Shown here: one piece after another, positions 18,769 through 29,209 of the stretch
Numbering within the stretch: the stretch's first letter is position 1
Layout of the letters: each line of letters opens with the position of its first letter
Assembly: GCA_023898465.1 (NCBI GenBank)
Contig: CP060223.1
Location: 1 to 64,000 of the forward strand
Direction of reading: 5' to 3'
DNA from: Candidatus Nomurabacteria bacterium
GTDB taxonomy: Bacteria; Patescibacteriota; Patescibacteriia; HK-STAS-PATE-3
Length of the DNA stretch: 64,000 nucleotides
Position numbers and translations under genes: made by a program
Notes under the pieces: generated by a model
Databases searched by the model: none
What the model was told of the DNA's origin: nothing
The model's input: only the letters and a program-made list of their open reading frames with translations

Positions 18769-20589
18769 TTACTTAATTCCTTTTGCGGCGCGCCGTGCCT
18801 CTGCTTCGTCCAGTATTTTTTTGCGGATGCGGACGGCCTTAGGGGTCACTTCGACAAGCTCATCATCAGAAATAAAGTCCAGGGCATCCTCTAGGTCCAT
18901 AATTTTTGGTGCGTTGATATGCTCACTTTCACCATCGCCTTTAGAGCGCATGTTTGAAAGCTGCTTTGCTTTACAGACGTTCACGCGGATATCTTCATCG
19001 CGAGAGTTCTGACCAACTACCTGTCCTTTATACACCTCGGCACCTGGACCAATGAAAAAGATGCCGCGATCTTGTACATTCAATATTCCATAGGCATTTG
19101 CTGTACCTGTTTCATGAGCAACCAAGGAGCCAGTTTCACGCTCATATCGCTTGCTATGATCAGGTCGATATTCTTCAAAAGCAGTATGCATAATGCCCAA
19201 ACCCCGCGTGTCGGTTAGGAAAGCATTGCGGTAGCCAAAGAGTCCACGTGTCGGAATAACAAATTCAATGTAGGTAATACCTTCGTGGGTTTCCATATCT
19301 TCCATAGTGCCACCACGAGCACCCAGCTTCTGAATAACTGGGCCACTATGCGCTTCTGGCACCTCAACCGAAACTCGATCAAAAGGAGCCAGCATCTTAC
19401 CGTCTTCTTCTTTGAGAATTACCTCAGGTCGAGATACTTGGAATTCATATCCCTCTCGTCGTAAGCGCTCAATTAATATAGCTAAGTGAAGTTCTCCGCG
19501 ACCTGAGACTACCCAACCACCATTTGGCGCATCCTCTACTCGCAACGCTAAGTCAGTTTCCAGCTCTTTAACTAGACGTTCTTGGATCTGACGAGAAGTG
19601 CAATACTCACCCTCTTGTCCGGCAAATGGGGAGTCGTTCACACTAAAAGTCATCTTCACTGTTGGCTCTTCAATATCGAGCAGCGGTAAAGCAATTGGAT
19701 CATTTGCATCGGCAAGAGTTTCTCCGATAGTTGCATCCGGGATTCCAGCGATAGCGACAATATCTCCGGCGCTTGCCTCAGTTGTTTCAACACGCTCCAA
19801 CCCTTGGTAGGTCATGAGGTTGCTCATGCGATATTTCTTCTGCTCTCCCAAGCGATTGATGTGCACGATCTGTTGACCAGATTTCATGACCCCATTGGCA
19901 ATGCGACCAGTAGCAATGCGACCAAGGAAGTTATCAGCTGCAATGGTGGTCACCAACATCTGCAGCGGTTTTGCAGCGTCGCCTTTTGGCTTTGGTACGT
20001 GGGCAAGGATAGCTTCAAAAATAGGAGACACATCGGTCATATTGTTCAAGTTTGGCTCGATGCCAGCCTTGCCAGCCTTTGCTGAAGCATAGACCACAGG
20101 GAAATCAAGTGTTGCATCATCAGCACCCAACTCAACAAAAAGGTCAAAGGTCTGATTGAGTACATGGTCTGGTTGCGCATCAGCCTTATCGATTTTATTT
20201 ACTACCACAATGATGCGCAGTCCCATAGCCAGCGCCTTCTTCAATACAAATCGGGTTTGGGGCATCGGTCCTTCTTTTGCATCAACCAGTAGTAAACAGC
20301 CATCAGCCATATTCAATACTCGTTCTACTTCGCCACCAAAGTCTGTGTGACCCGGGGTATCAATAATGTTGATCTTTGTATCATGCCAAAGTACCGAGGC
20401 GTTTTTTGAAAAAATGGTAATACCTCGTTCACGTTCTAAATCATTAGAGTCCATTATTAAATTGGCACCAGCCTGATCTTTTTTCAGGTGTGTTTTTGAT
20501 TGACGCAGTAGGGCGTCGACTAGAGTAGTTTTGCCATGATCAACGTGGGCAATAATTGCGACGTTGCGAATATTTTGTTCAGTAGACAT
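18769..20589 (-). CDS. typA: translational GTPase TypA/BipA
   Basis: G-domain motifs AHVDHGKTT and DTPGH, EF-G-like domains, and a length of 606 aa. Confidence 0.9.
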   Translation of the reverse strand: MSTEQNIRNVAIIAHVDHGKTTLVDALLRQSKTHLKKDQAGANLIMDSNDLERERGITIFSKNASVLWHDTKINIIDTPGHTDFGGEVERVLNMADGCLLLVDAKEGPMPQTRFVLKKALAMGLRIIVVVNKIDKADAQPDHVLNQTFDLFVELGADDATLDFPVVYASAKAGKAGIEPNLNNMTDVSPIFEAILAHVPKPKGDAAKPLQMLVTTIAADNFLGRIATGRIANGVMKSGQQIVHINRLGEQKKYRMSNLMTYQGLERVETTEASAGDIVAIAGIPDATIGETLADANDPIALPLLDIEEPTVKMTFSVNDSPFAGQEGEYCTSRQIQERLVKELETDLALRVEDAPNGGWVVSGRGELHLAILIERLRREGYEFQVSRPEVILKEEDGKMLAPFDRVSVEVPEAHSGPVIQKLGARGGTMEDMETHEGITYIEFVIPTRGLFGYRNAFLTDTRGLGIMHTAFEEYRPDHSKRYERETGSLVAHETGTANAYGILNVQDRGIFFIGPGAEVYKGQVVGQNSRDEDIRVNVCKAKQLSNMRSKGDGESEHINAPKIMDLEDALDFISDDELVEVTPKAVRIRKKILDEAEARRAAKGIK

Positions 20590-20764
20590 ACACGTTTATA
20601 GCTTCTCAAAAAAATCGCACAACCCCCACCTTCGCCCAGAGGCTTCAGCGGACAGACCCGTGCGAGACCAGCGTAGAATAGTAGAAAAAACTCTTTTCGT
20701 CAAGAGAGAAGGTGTTCATTGAAGTCCCCCATAGCCGTAAAGGTATTTTACTATCAGTATGTCA

Positions 20765-20841
20765 TGGTCGGGGTGGAGAGACTCGAACTCTCGGCCTCCT
20801 GCTCCCAAAGCAGGCGCGCTAGCCAACTGCGCCACACCCCG
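20765..20841 (-). tRNA. tRNA-Pro (anticodon TGG)
   Basis: Reverse complement CGGGGTG..GCGCAGTTGGCTAGCGC..CCTGCTTTGGGAGCAGG..GAGAGTTCGAGTCTCTC CACCCCG A CCA. Confidence 0.8.
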
Positions 20842-20957
20842 TAAATGAGAACAGAGACATAGTACGTGTTCTTTATAACTTCGTCAATGCTTCACTTGTC
20901 GAGATGGGTAAGGAGGAGTAACGTAAAACTATAAACAGTAAAGCGGGAGATATTAAA

Positions 20958-21356
20958 ATGCGAGGCTTTCTCATCAATATCGAAGAGGCGACATTACAAA
21001 ATACCGACTATCGTCGTGTGCTTTATACAACCTATAATAGCCAACTTGTCCTTATGAGTCTGAAACCGGGTGAAGAAATTGGAAGCGAACGACACGGCCT
21101 AGATCAGTTTATTCGCTTGGAGCAAGGAAAGGGTAAGGCGATCATCGATGAGGAGGAGAAGGAAATAGTGGCCGATGATGCTCTAGTTATCCCAGCTGGC
21201 ACTTGGCACAATATCATGAATACCGGTGAGGAGGATATAAAGCTCTATACGCTCTATACCCCACCGGAACACAAATTCGATACAGTGCAGCCAAGTAAAA
21301 CTGACGAAGTGGAAGATCACTTCGATGGTGTGACTAATCTCGCAAAAGACACCTAG
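20958..21356 (+). CDS. cupin domain protein
   Basis: Small beta-barrel cupin pattern (G..HRH ... PAGTWHN). A GGGAG RBS is present. Confidence 0.7.
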   Translation: MRGFLINIEEATLQNTDYRRVLYTTYNSQLVLMSLKPGEEIGSERHGLDQFIRLEQGKGKAIIDEEEKEIVADDALVIPAGTWHNIMNTGEEDIKLYTLYTPPEHKFDTVQPSKTDEVEDHFDGVTNLAKDT

Positions 21357-22027
21357 TGCTGTTTGTGTAAGCGACCGTCCTGTAGCTGATAAATTTCATC
21401 AGCCTGCTTCGCTACCTCGGTATCATGCGTCACGATAATAATTGTTGTGTGCTCTGTTTTAGCTAGATGATGCAACAATTCAATAATCGTTTTTGCTGTT
21501 TGAGTGTCTAAATTTCCGGTCGGCTCATCAGCTAAAATAAGTTTTGGCTGATTTGCTAGAGCGCGGGCAATTGCTACGCGTTGCTGTTCACCTCCCGAAA
21601 GCTTTCCAGGGCGACGCGTGAGCTTATCTTTTGTTAGGCCTACTTGTGAGAGTAGGTGAGTTGCTCGTTTTTTTCTTTCCTCGCTACTTATCTTATTAAA
21701 TTCCATTGGCAGCATGACATTTTCCAGGGCCGTAAGATTTGGGATAAGGTTGTAGCTTTGAAAAATAAATCCAATAGTTGATCGCCGGTAGCGAAGGAGT
21801 TCCTGACCGCTGAATTTGGTTACCTCGTCATGCTCTACTGCAATACTACCTTCATCAGCCTGATCAAGCGTACCAAGCAGTGCAAGAAGCGTGCTTTTAC
21901 CGCTACCACTTTTTCCTACGATAGCAGCTAGCTTTCCGCTATCCAGGGTAAACGCGACATCTCGCACAGCGTGAACGCTATTATTTCCACTTGTAAAGGT
22001 TTTGGAAAGTTTATCTACTTTAAGCAT
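21353..22027 (-). CDS. ABC transporter ATP-binding protein (MacB/LolD-type)
   Basis: Walker A GKSGSGKST, signature LSGGEQQR, Walker B ILADEPT. Confidence 0.85.
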   Translation of the reverse strand: MLKVDKLSKTFTSGNNSVHAVRDVAFTLDSGKLAAIVGKSGSGKSTLLALLGTLDQADEGSIAVEHDEVTKFSGQELLRYRRSTIGFIFQSYNLIPNLTALENVMLPMEFNKISSEERKKRATHLLSQVGLTKDKLTRRPGKLSGGEQQRVAIARALANQPKLILADEPTGNLDTQTAKTIIELLHHLAKTEHTTIIIVTHDTEVAKQADEIYQLQDGRLHKQH

Positions 22028-22032
22028 AGTGA

Positions 22033-23403
22033 TTATTCTCCTCGGAGTACTTCAGCTGGACGAACTTTGCCAATCAGCCAGGCTGGGAAAGCAGATCCGA
22101 TTATGGCGATAAGAATAGCTGCTAGGAAACCGTAGGCAATAAGACGGAAATCTAACACCGCCTGCAGGTCCTGAATTGTGTTCCCTAGTGCCCGAAATCC
22201 TCCTACGGCTACGCGAGCAAATCCACCGCCTGGCCCAGAACTGGTGAAGCTGGGTTCAGAGCTAGAGGATCGTAGGAGTGAATCGAGAATCGGGTTGCTA
22301 AAAATGAAGCCGAGTACAGTACCAATGACACCTCCAAGCAGAGAGAGCATAACGGCCTCACTCACAAACTGACTCACAATGCTCGCATCGCTGCCGCCAA
22401 TAGCCTTCAGTACAGCTATTTCTTTACGGCGCTCTCGTACTATCATAATCATGGTGAGGAGGGTGATCACGGTGGCTGCGAGGAGGGCGCCTATTAAACT
22501 CGTTGTGGCAATGGTTTGAATATTTTCTAAGGGTTCGATTGCCTGCGTGACTGTTTCCTCGGATGAGGTGATATCTGCTGCGCTGCCTAATTGTTGGCTA
22601 ATCGCATCACTGGCCGAGGCAATATTATCGGCTGAGTCGATGTGAGCTACTGCTGAGTTGATTTGACCATCCTGCCCAGAGAGTAGCTGCAGGGTATGCA
22701 TTGGAAAGAGCACAGAGTTATTGGAGAATTCATTTCCAGCATCGTAAATTCCACTCACGGTAATCGTTGTAGCAAAGGCGGTAAATGTCGATCCAACACT
22801 GAGACTATTTTTTTCCGCCACATTTTTTCCAAGAATAGCCACATAATCACTTGAGGATCCATCAAAGTATTCGCCTTCGCTTAAAGTGACATTGGCACCA
22901 ACAAGCTCACCCGCATAACGAGGATTTGAAGTACCAATTGCGAAGATTGGCGGAGTAAAGTTTACTGGTGGCTCATTAGTGCTGTCGTTTGCACTTTGTC
23001 CGGCAGCACCACCCTCGACCCGAAAAGCCCGACCTTGGCGATTACCTAGAGTCCCTGCCTCGATGGGAGATTGTAGGGTAGTATCAGTATCAGGGATGAG
23101 TTGTGCATCAATCGTAGCATCAACCGAGCTGACGTGAGAGATTGTCGCTACAGCATCTATTTGCTCCTGAGTAAGGGGCTCGCCTCCACCTAAAAATCCC
23201 CGCGCGCCGGCGGAGTTAATGGTAACGGTATTCCCAATGCGTTCTTTTACCTCGGTGATGCGCTGATCAACAGCAGAGCGAGCTGATAACATCACCAATA
23301 CGAGACCAAGGCTGATACCGAGAATGAGCATGACCGAGAAAGTGCGAAGGAGATTTCTGAAGGTGTTACGTATACCGCGTTTGAGAGGTCCCATAGGCTC
23401 CAA
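22033..23403 (-). CDS. ABC transporter permease, FtsX-like/MacB-type with large periplasmic domain
   Basis: N-terminal TM segment, a long extracytoplasmic region and a C-terminal FtsX-type helix bundle. It is co-operonic with the ATPase. Confidence 0.8.
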   Translation of the reverse strand: MEPMGPLKRGIRNTFRNLLRTFSVMLILGISLGLVLVMLSARSAVDQRITEVKERIGNTVTINSAGARGFLGGGEPLTQEQIDAVATISHVSSVDATIDAQLIPDTDTTLQSPIEAGTLGNRQGRAFRVEGGAAGQSANDSTNEPPVNFTPPIFAIGTSNPRYAGELVGANVTLSEGEYFDGSSSDYVAILGKNVAEKNSLSVGSTFTAFATTITVSGIYDAGNEFSNNSVLFPMHTLQLLSGQDGQINSAVAHIDSADNIASASDAISQQLGSAADITSSEETVTQAIEPLENIQTIATTSLIGALLAATVITLLTMIMIVRERRKEIAVLKAIGGSDASIVSQFVSEAVMLSLLGGVIGTVLGFIFSNPILDSLLRSSSSEPSFTSSGPGGGFARVAVGGFRALGNTIQDLQAVLDFRLIAYGFLAAILIAIIGSAFPAWLIGKVRPAEVLRGE

Positions 23404-23550
23404 GTAGTTAAAATATTGTCTTACCCTACTAGTACAATCTATTTACCCCAGCTCTTTCATGTGTCAAAAAGTAGCGTATTGACCTAAGTGTCAAAGCGCT
23501 ATACTGTTCTCATATTCATCAATCCTTGTCTCTAACCATTGGGAGGGAAG

Positions 23551-23829
23551 ATGCGAGAGATGGATGACTTCGAGGCTGGGTTGCGTGACTGGGCGAGTCG
23601 CGTCATTGCCAGCGCTGGAACGCATCGGCCGGAGGATGAGCGCTTCGACGGCGAGTTCACGGAGTACACTGCCTGGAAGGCGCTGCTGCACCCGCATATG
23701 CACATGTTTGGCATGAGCGGCGTGCAGCTGGTCCTGGATACCTGGGACGTGCAGACTGATGCCACGCATGGAATCGTCCTCGAGATGATGAGCTTCCTCC
23801 AGGAGCAGTCAGCTGGTGTTTCAGCCTAA
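23551..23829 (+). CDS. hypothetical protein (92 aa; GC-rich solitary gene)
   Basis: TTGACC-17-TATACT promoter at 23480-23508. GGGAGGG RBS. A terminator hairpin gacgctcgg...ccgagcgtc plus T-tract follows at 23833-23870. Confidence 0.45.
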   Translation: MREMDDFEAGLRDWASRVIASAGTHRPEDERFDGEFTEYTAWKALLHPHMHMFGMSGVQLVLDTWDVQTDATHGIVLEMMSFLQEQSAGVSA

Positions 23830-23886
23830 ACGCGACGCTCGGACCTTTATGGCCCGAGCGTCTTTCTTTTGCTTGCTATAGGTTAT

Positions 23887-24333
23887 TTAGTTGAGGGCGT
23901 TTACCTTCGCTTGAGTCACTTCACTTCCAAGCGATCCAAGCAAGAGCGCATTGAGTTGCGCGTCAGCCAGGTTGGAATGTTGACCTCGACCGCCTTGTGT
24001 CGCAAAAGCCGTGCTCGCATCCTTACCGCAGTAGGGTGTGATCTCCCTTGATCCACCTGGATGCTGTGGCAGATAGCTTGTAGCAACATAGATATTTCCA
24101 TCGATGAGTAACCAACAGTCCCGTGAGCTGTTGTGTTGGGCGAGCTCGCTTTGCGTAAGAGTAATTAAAGCGTTTCCCGATGTTGTTGTGGTATTAGCGT
24201 TTGATCCAGTGCTTGTGTTCGTGCCAGTCGTAGAAGTATTTTGATTTACTTGGTTGGTCCCGCGTGAAAATAGGATGCCGCCAATAATGATGATTGCGAT
24301 AACAATGAGTCCGATGACTATTTTTTTCTGCAT
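23887..24333 (-). CDS. membrane-anchored cytochrome b5-like heme-binding domain protein
   Basis: N-terminal TM segment, a Thr/Asn-rich linker, and the b5-like motif LAQHNSSRDCWLLIDGNIY...LPQHPGG. Confidence 0.7.
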   Translation of the reverse strand: MQKKIVIGLIVIAIIIIGGILFSRGTNQVNQNTSTTGTNTSTGSNANTTTTSGNALITLTQSELAQHNSSRDCWLLIDGNIYVATSYLPQHPGGSREITPYCGKDASTAFATQGGRGQHSNLADAQLNALLLGSLGSEVTQAKVNALN

Positions 24334-24518
24334 AAAAAAGAGTTACTGGTATTATCTACTACTACCTATTTTAGCACTATTTTCTTTCATGACTATGGCG
24401 TGGGATTAAACATCACACCGATCGTGGTGCCGGGAAGAGGATTTGCCCGCCCGCCATCGCTTACGTTCAGGCGCGATCGGGCGGGAACCTCCATGGCCTT
24501 GCGGCCATCCCGCACTAG

Positions 24519-24605
24519 TGGTGGGCGAGGAGAGACTTGAACTCTCACGGAATTACTTCCACACGGCTCTGAACCGTGCGCGTCTACCAATTCCGCCACT
24601 CGCCC
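24519..24605 (-). tRNA. tRNA-Leu (anticodon CAG), class II with long variable arm
   Basis: Reverse complement GGGCGAG...CACGGTTCAGAGCCGTG...long variable arm...GAGAGTTCAAGTCTCTC CTCGCCC A CCA. Confidence 0.8.
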
Positions 24606-24684
24606 CCCACAGATGCGGGACGTGCACCTCACTTTCACCATCCCGGCATGAGTTTTCTTTACCTTGTCTCTTGGGATACGTCAA

Positions 24685-26514
24685 CTAATGCCAGCGCAGG
24701 CTGGTAGAAATATACCAGTTTTCAATATGGGCGAATCGATCAGAAGGAACTTCAATGAAAGTAGTTGAATAGCCTTTCACTTTTGCGCTGAGTCCGTAGG
24801 TATAGATTGGCTGATACAGGAAAATAGCAGGCACTTCGTCGGCGAGAATATTTTGAAACTCTACGTACTTAAGCTTTCTTTCCTCTTCGCTGGTAACTTG
24901 GCGAGCTCTTTCGAGGGCCTTGTCAGAATCTTTTTGGAAAAAGATAGCCAGTGCGAGACCTGGATCACGTTGTTGTGATGAGTGCCAGAAAGGATAAGGA
25001 TCAGGATCAAAGCCGATAATTTCTCCGAAGAGAAGGGCTTCATAGGAGCGAGGCTTAATTGATTCACTCTGGATACGATTAGCATCGAGAATATTTATTT
25101 CAACTCGTACTCCAATTTTCGCCCATTGCTCGGCTAGGAGTTGAGCAGCCTGTACATAGAGTTCGCGATCAGAAGTAGTGAGTGTGAAGGCCAGGTCAGA
25201 TCCATTTTTCTGTCGCACCTCGGCGTCCTCCGGATATTTCCAACCCGCCTCTTCTAATAAACCATTTGCGCGGTCGAGGTCATAGTTATAGGTGGTCATC
25301 TCTGGGTTGAATCCGAGCATGCCTGGCAGGATAGGGCCATCAACAGATTCGCCTTCGCCTTGGAGTACACTATCAATAAGACCTTGTTTATCTGTGGCGA
25401 GGGCGAGAGCTTGGCGTACTTTTTTATCTTGGAAGCGCGTATTCGTTTTTTGGTTAAAGAAGATTGCCGTATATTGTGGCAAGTTAAGTTGGACAAAGTT
25501 AAGACCACGCTCGTTCTCAACATCTTTTTGGAGCTCTTCAGGAACGAAGCTAATCCCGTCCACCTTCTTATTCTCTACCGCTGAAATAGCGCTTTGGAAA
25601 TCAGGATAGAATTTATACTCCAAGGTCTGTACATAGCTTTGCGGTCCATAGTAGTTTTCATTTCGCTGAAGAGTGTAGCTCTTGATATTACCCAAGCGAT
25701 CTCGAGTGAGCTTTTCAAAGACATAAGGACCAGAGCCAACTGGCTTCAGGTTGTATTCGACCAGTCCGACATTTAGAGGAGGAACATCGCCCCAGAGATG
25801 GACTGGGAGAATCCCGAAAGTAAGCGTATTAATAAATGGAGCAAAGGGTTCAGGAAGCGTTAAAGTGAAGGACGTGTCATCAACGCGCTGCACCTGTACC
25901 CCGGACAAATTTACCGAGAGCGGGCTTTGGTATTCTGCGTTTTGAATGCTCTCAATCGTGAAAAGGACGTCGTCCATGCTAACCGGTTGACCATCGTGCC
26001 AATAGGCATCTTGGCGGATAGTGATGGTGTAGGTTTTTTCATCTTCTGAAAGTTGAAAGCCAGTGGCAAGATCAGGGATTAAGCCATCGGTACCTTGCTG
26101 ACGGAAAAGACCAGAGTAAATAAGACGCGAAAGGTCTCGGTCTACATCATTTGCTACTGCATAGATTGGGTTTACTCGACTCGGGCTACCGACTAGAGCT
26201 TCCGTATAGGTGCCGCCAACTTTAGGGACAAACTCAACATGGCGTTGGATAAATCGAACACCTAGGAATAGTGCGCTAAATACAACCACGAGTGCGGCTA
26301 TACGGAGCACAATCGCGTCTCGTCGGCTGAGCACTTTTTGCAGGTAGCGCAATTGAGCCGCCGATGGTATGCGACCACTTTGTTGTTGGCGTACTAAACG
26401 CTGATCAAGGTCTCGTTGGGTTGATCGAGTCGTACTATCGGTTTTGCGACGGTCTTGCCAAGCGCGCCAAGGCTTCATGACAGCACTGCCGACCGTGCGG
26501 AAGAAATCTCTCAC
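24685..26514 (-). CDS. ABC transporter substrate-binding protein, family 5 (peptide/nickel; OppA/DppA-like) with N-terminal TM anchor
   Basis: Length and conserved SBP-5 regions. It is membrane anchored rather than a lipoprotein. Confidence 0.8.
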   Translation of the reverse strand: MRDFFRTVGSAVMKPWRAWQDRRKTDSTTRSTQRDLDQRLVRQQQSGRIPSAAQLRYLQKVLSRRDAIVLRIAALVVVFSALFLGVRFIQRHVEFVPKVGGTYTEALVGSPSRVNPIYAVANDVDRDLSRLIYSGLFRQQGTDGLIPDLATGFQLSEDEKTYTITIRQDAYWHDGQPVSMDDVLFTIESIQNAEYQSPLSVNLSGVQVQRVDDTSFTLTLPEPFAPFINTLTFGILPVHLWGDVPPLNVGLVEYNLKPVGSGPYVFEKLTRDRLGNIKSYTLQRNENYYGPQSYVQTLEYKFYPDFQSAISAVENKKVDGISFVPEELQKDVENERGLNFVQLNLPQYTAIFFNQKTNTRFQDKKVRQALALATDKQGLIDSVLQGEGESVDGPILPGMLGFNPEMTTYNYDLDRANGLLEEAGWKYPEDAEVRQKNGSDLAFTLTTSDRELYVQAAQLLAEQWAKIGVRVEINILDANRIQSESIKPRSYEALLFGEIIGFDPDPYPFWHSSQQRDPGLALAIFFQKDSDKALERARQVTSEEERKLKYVEFQNILADEVPAIFLYQPIYTYGLSAKVKGYSTTFIEVPSDRFAHIENWYISTSLRWH

Positions 26515-26521
26515 GGAACCT

Positions 26522-26740
26522 TTAGTTCAGGATTAGCAAAAGGAGAGCGAGGGCTAAGAAAACGATCGCCAAAACAATGGTAGCAATGAAGAGGATTTTT
26601 TCAAGTCCACGCTTGGTAGCGTAGACACTGACGTCAGCTCCAAAAGCGCTGCCCATGCCTGAACCACGTTGTTGTAACAAGATAGCGACAGTCATTAACG
26701 CTGCCACAATCATAATACCGATTTTGATCCAGAATATCAT
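26522..26740 (-). CDS. secG: preprotein translocase subunit SecG
   Basis: 72-aa two-TM protein with a Gly-rich loop GSGMGSAFG. Confidence 0.75.
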   Translation of the reverse strand: MIFWIKIGIMIVAALMTVAILLQQRGSGMGSAFGADVSVYATKRGLEKILFIATIVLAIVFLALALLLLILN

Positions 26741-26903
26741 AGCGTAAGTAATTGAATGCAGACTAGATTCTACGAAATAGAGGGTTTTTTGTCAACGAGA
26801 GCTGGCAATGCGGGGTTCGTAATTGTGTAGGGCTTTATCTATTGACAATATCATCCCTCTCTGCTACTCTCCGCTGTTACTCTTTATACCTAAAAAGGAC
26901 CGT

Positions 26904-28082
26904 ATGACGAAGCGCATTCGCATCGCCATGATTGGCCAAAAAGGAATACCGACACGCTATGGAGGTGTCGAGCGACACGTTGAAGAACTCAGCGCTGACT
27001 TAGTGCAGCGCGGTTTTGTTGTGACTGCCTATACTCGTCCTTATTACACTCCACAGCATCGACGCTGGCATCGAGGCGTACAGCTGGTGAGTCTGCCTAC
27101 TGTGCACACTAAACACTTTGATGCGATTACACATACCTTCTTCGCCAGCCTGCACGCAATCTGGAAGGGTCACGATGTTATTCACTATCACGGGGTGGGA
27201 CCTTCCCTCATGAGTTGGTTACCTCGTCTCTTACGGCCTTCTACTCGAGTGGTCACTACTTTTCACTGCATTGATCGACATCATGAGAAGTGGGGTCTCT
27301 TAGCTCGATTGATGCTACAAGCGGGCGAGTGGACAGCCACGCATTTTGCGCATACCACTATTGCTGTATCAAAAACTATCCAGACATACATTGCAGAAGA
27401 GTATGGTCGCGACTCCTTATATATACCGAATGGTGTGTCACGCAGTCCGCGTTATAGTCTGCGTTCTGTCTTACGACGCTTTAACCTACAGCGGGACGCA
27501 TACTTCTTGGCGGTTACTCGCTTAGTCCAGCACAAAGGAGTGCTAGAGCTGATCCGTGCCTACCGCGCTTCTGGATCACGCTTACCATTGGTGATTGTGG
27601 GTGGGAGTGCTGCCACTGACCGTTATGTGCAGCAACTGCATGCCGAGGCAGCTGATTTACCTCAGGTAAAATTTCTTGGCTACCAATCACCCCGAACCGT
27701 ACAATCTCTTTTTCAAGGAGCTCGGGCTTTTGTGCACGCTTCACGAGCAGAGGGTTTACCAATCGTAGTGCTTGAAGCTATGGAAGCAGGCGTGCCAATT
27801 ATCGCTAGTGATATTCCAGAGCATCGTGAACTATTACGTCCCGAAATCGGTGGTGAGTACGGCCGACTTTTCCCAGTCAACGATATTGATGCGCTAGCCC
27901 TCCAATTAAAAGAGATCGGTCGTCAATCAAAGCAGCGACTCCAGGTAGCCGGTGCTGCGCAGCGTTTTGTCCGACGTGCCTTACAGTGGAAAAGCGTCAG
28001 TGCGAAGACAGCCGAGCTCTATGATGAGCAACTGGAGCCTAAGAAGCAGAGTGTTCGGGTAGAGGATTATTCCCTTGCCTAA
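26904..28082 (+). CDS. glycosyltransferase family 4 (GT-B, group 1)
   Basis: MTKRIRIAMIGQKGIPTRYGGVERHVEEL N-terminus and a C-terminal EGLPIVVLEAMEAGVPIIASD motif. A TTGACA-17-TACTCT promoter lies upstream. Confidence 0.8.
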   Translation: MTKRIRIAMIGQKGIPTRYGGVERHVEELSADLVQRGFVVTAYTRPYYTPQHRRWHRGVQLVSLPTVHTKHFDAITHTFFASLHAIWKGHDVIHYHGVGPSLMSWLPRLLRPSTRVVTTFHCIDRHHEKWGLLARLMLQAGEWTATHFAHTTIAVSKTIQTYIAEEYGRDSLYIPNGVSRSPRYSLRSVLRRFNLQRDAYFLAVTRLVQHKGVLELIRAYRASGSRLPLVIVGGSAATDRYVQQLHAEAADLPQVKFLGYQSPRTVQSLFQGARAFVHASRAEGLPIVVLEAMEAGVPIIASDIPEHRELLRPEIGGEYGRLFPVNDIDALALQLKEIGRQSKQRLQVAGAAQRFVRRALQWKSVSAKTAELYDEQLEPKKQSVRVEDYSLA

Positions 28083-28252
28083 GCTTTTTTCCGGAGAGGA
28101 GACGCTCTGTGCTGGGTCCACTATGGTTGACAGAAGCCTCGCTTCGTGGTAACGTGCGGGCGTTCATTCATATTTATTAATTGCACGATAGCCTGGATAT
28201 GGGACGTGAGGCGTGCCTATCTCAGCTACTCGTGAGGAAAGAAGGAAAAACT

Positions 28253-28522
28253 ATGCCTCTGGATAAGAAAACCAAAGACAGTATTATCAAAAAATATAAA
28301 ACACACGAATCGGATACAGGATCCTCTGAAGTGCAGATTGCCATCCTGACCGAGGAGATTAAAGACTTAACAGGACACCTTCAAGATCACAAGAAGGATT
28401 TTTCGTCACGCCGAGGTTTGCTGCGCAAGATTGGCCAGCGACGTCGCTTGCTAAAATTCTTGGAAAAAGAAAGCCTCGAACGCTACGAAGCTCTTGTGAA
28501 AAAGTTGAAGTTAAAGAAATAG
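28253..28522 (+). CDS. rpsO: 30S ribosomal protein S15
   Basis: 89 aa, [43 protein letters not shown]... An AAGGAA RBS is present. Confidence 0.9.
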   Translation: MPLDKKTKDSIIKKYKTHESDTGSSEVQIAILTEEIKDLTGHLQDHKKDFSSRRGLLRKIGQRRRLLKFLEKESLERYEALVKKLKLKK

Positions 28523-28546
28523 TGGTTTTTCATTTACCACACGATC

Positions 28547-29209
28547 ATGATTCAACATAAAGACCAACGCGTTGGCGTCTTTGTTGACGTCCAAAATATG
28601 TATTATTCAGCGCGCTACCTATACGGGAAGCACGTGAACTTTGGCAAAGTGCTCGAAGCAGCCATTGCTGGGCGTCGTTTAATTCGAGCCATGGCTTACG
28701 TTATTCAAACCCAGACACAGGAAGAGCAACCATTCTTTGATGCACTCTCTAAGCAGGGTTTCGAAGTACGTTCAAAAGACCTACAAATTTTTTCCGGCGG
28801 TCAGAAAAAGGGCGACTGGGATGTAGGTTTAGCAGTTGATACTATCCGCATGGCATCAAAGCTCGATGTAGTAGTTATCGTATCGGGCGATGGTGATTAT
28901 CTGCCACTGGTAGACTTTTTACAGAACCATGGATTACTCGTTGAGGCGGTTGCCTTTGGTGGATCCAGCTCAATGAAATTGAAAGAGCGAGTTGACCAGT
29001 TCACTGATTTGTCAGAAGAGCCAGATAAATATCTGATTAGTCCAAAAGGAAAAACCCGTTTGCCATGGGTTGAGCAATCTTTACCTCGAGGCAATGGCAA
29101 CAATGGACACGAAGGAAAACATCAAGGACATGAACATCGCCCTCAACAAAAGCAGGGAGGACGTCGTTTGAATATTCCATTTATCCGAAATCGAAATGGC
29201 GGAAAATAG
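28547..29209 (+). CDS. NYN-domain (LabA-like) predicted ribonuclease
   Basis: VGVFVDVQN...VVIVSGDGDYLPLV matches the NYN/LabA pattern. Confidence 0.75.
   Translation: MIQHKDQRVGVFVDVQNMYYSARYLYGKHVNFGKVLEAAIAGRRLIRAMAYVIQTQTQEEQPFFDALSKQGFEVRSKDLQIFSGGQKKGDWDVGLAVDTIRMASKLDVVVIVSGDGDYLPLVDFLQNHGLLVEAVAFGGSSSMKLKERVDQFTDLSEEPDKYLISPKGKTRLPWVEQSLPRGNGNNGHEGKHQGHEHRPQQKQGGRRLNIPFIRNRNGGK

Noticed and set aside
24400-24510. Extra tRNA or SRP RNA in the GC-rich hairpin next to tRNA-Leu
   Set aside because: The sequence forms nested GC hairpins (atggccttgcggccat; cccgccc...gggcggg) but no cloverleaf, anticodon arm or SRP motif. It is probably a structured spacer or terminator.
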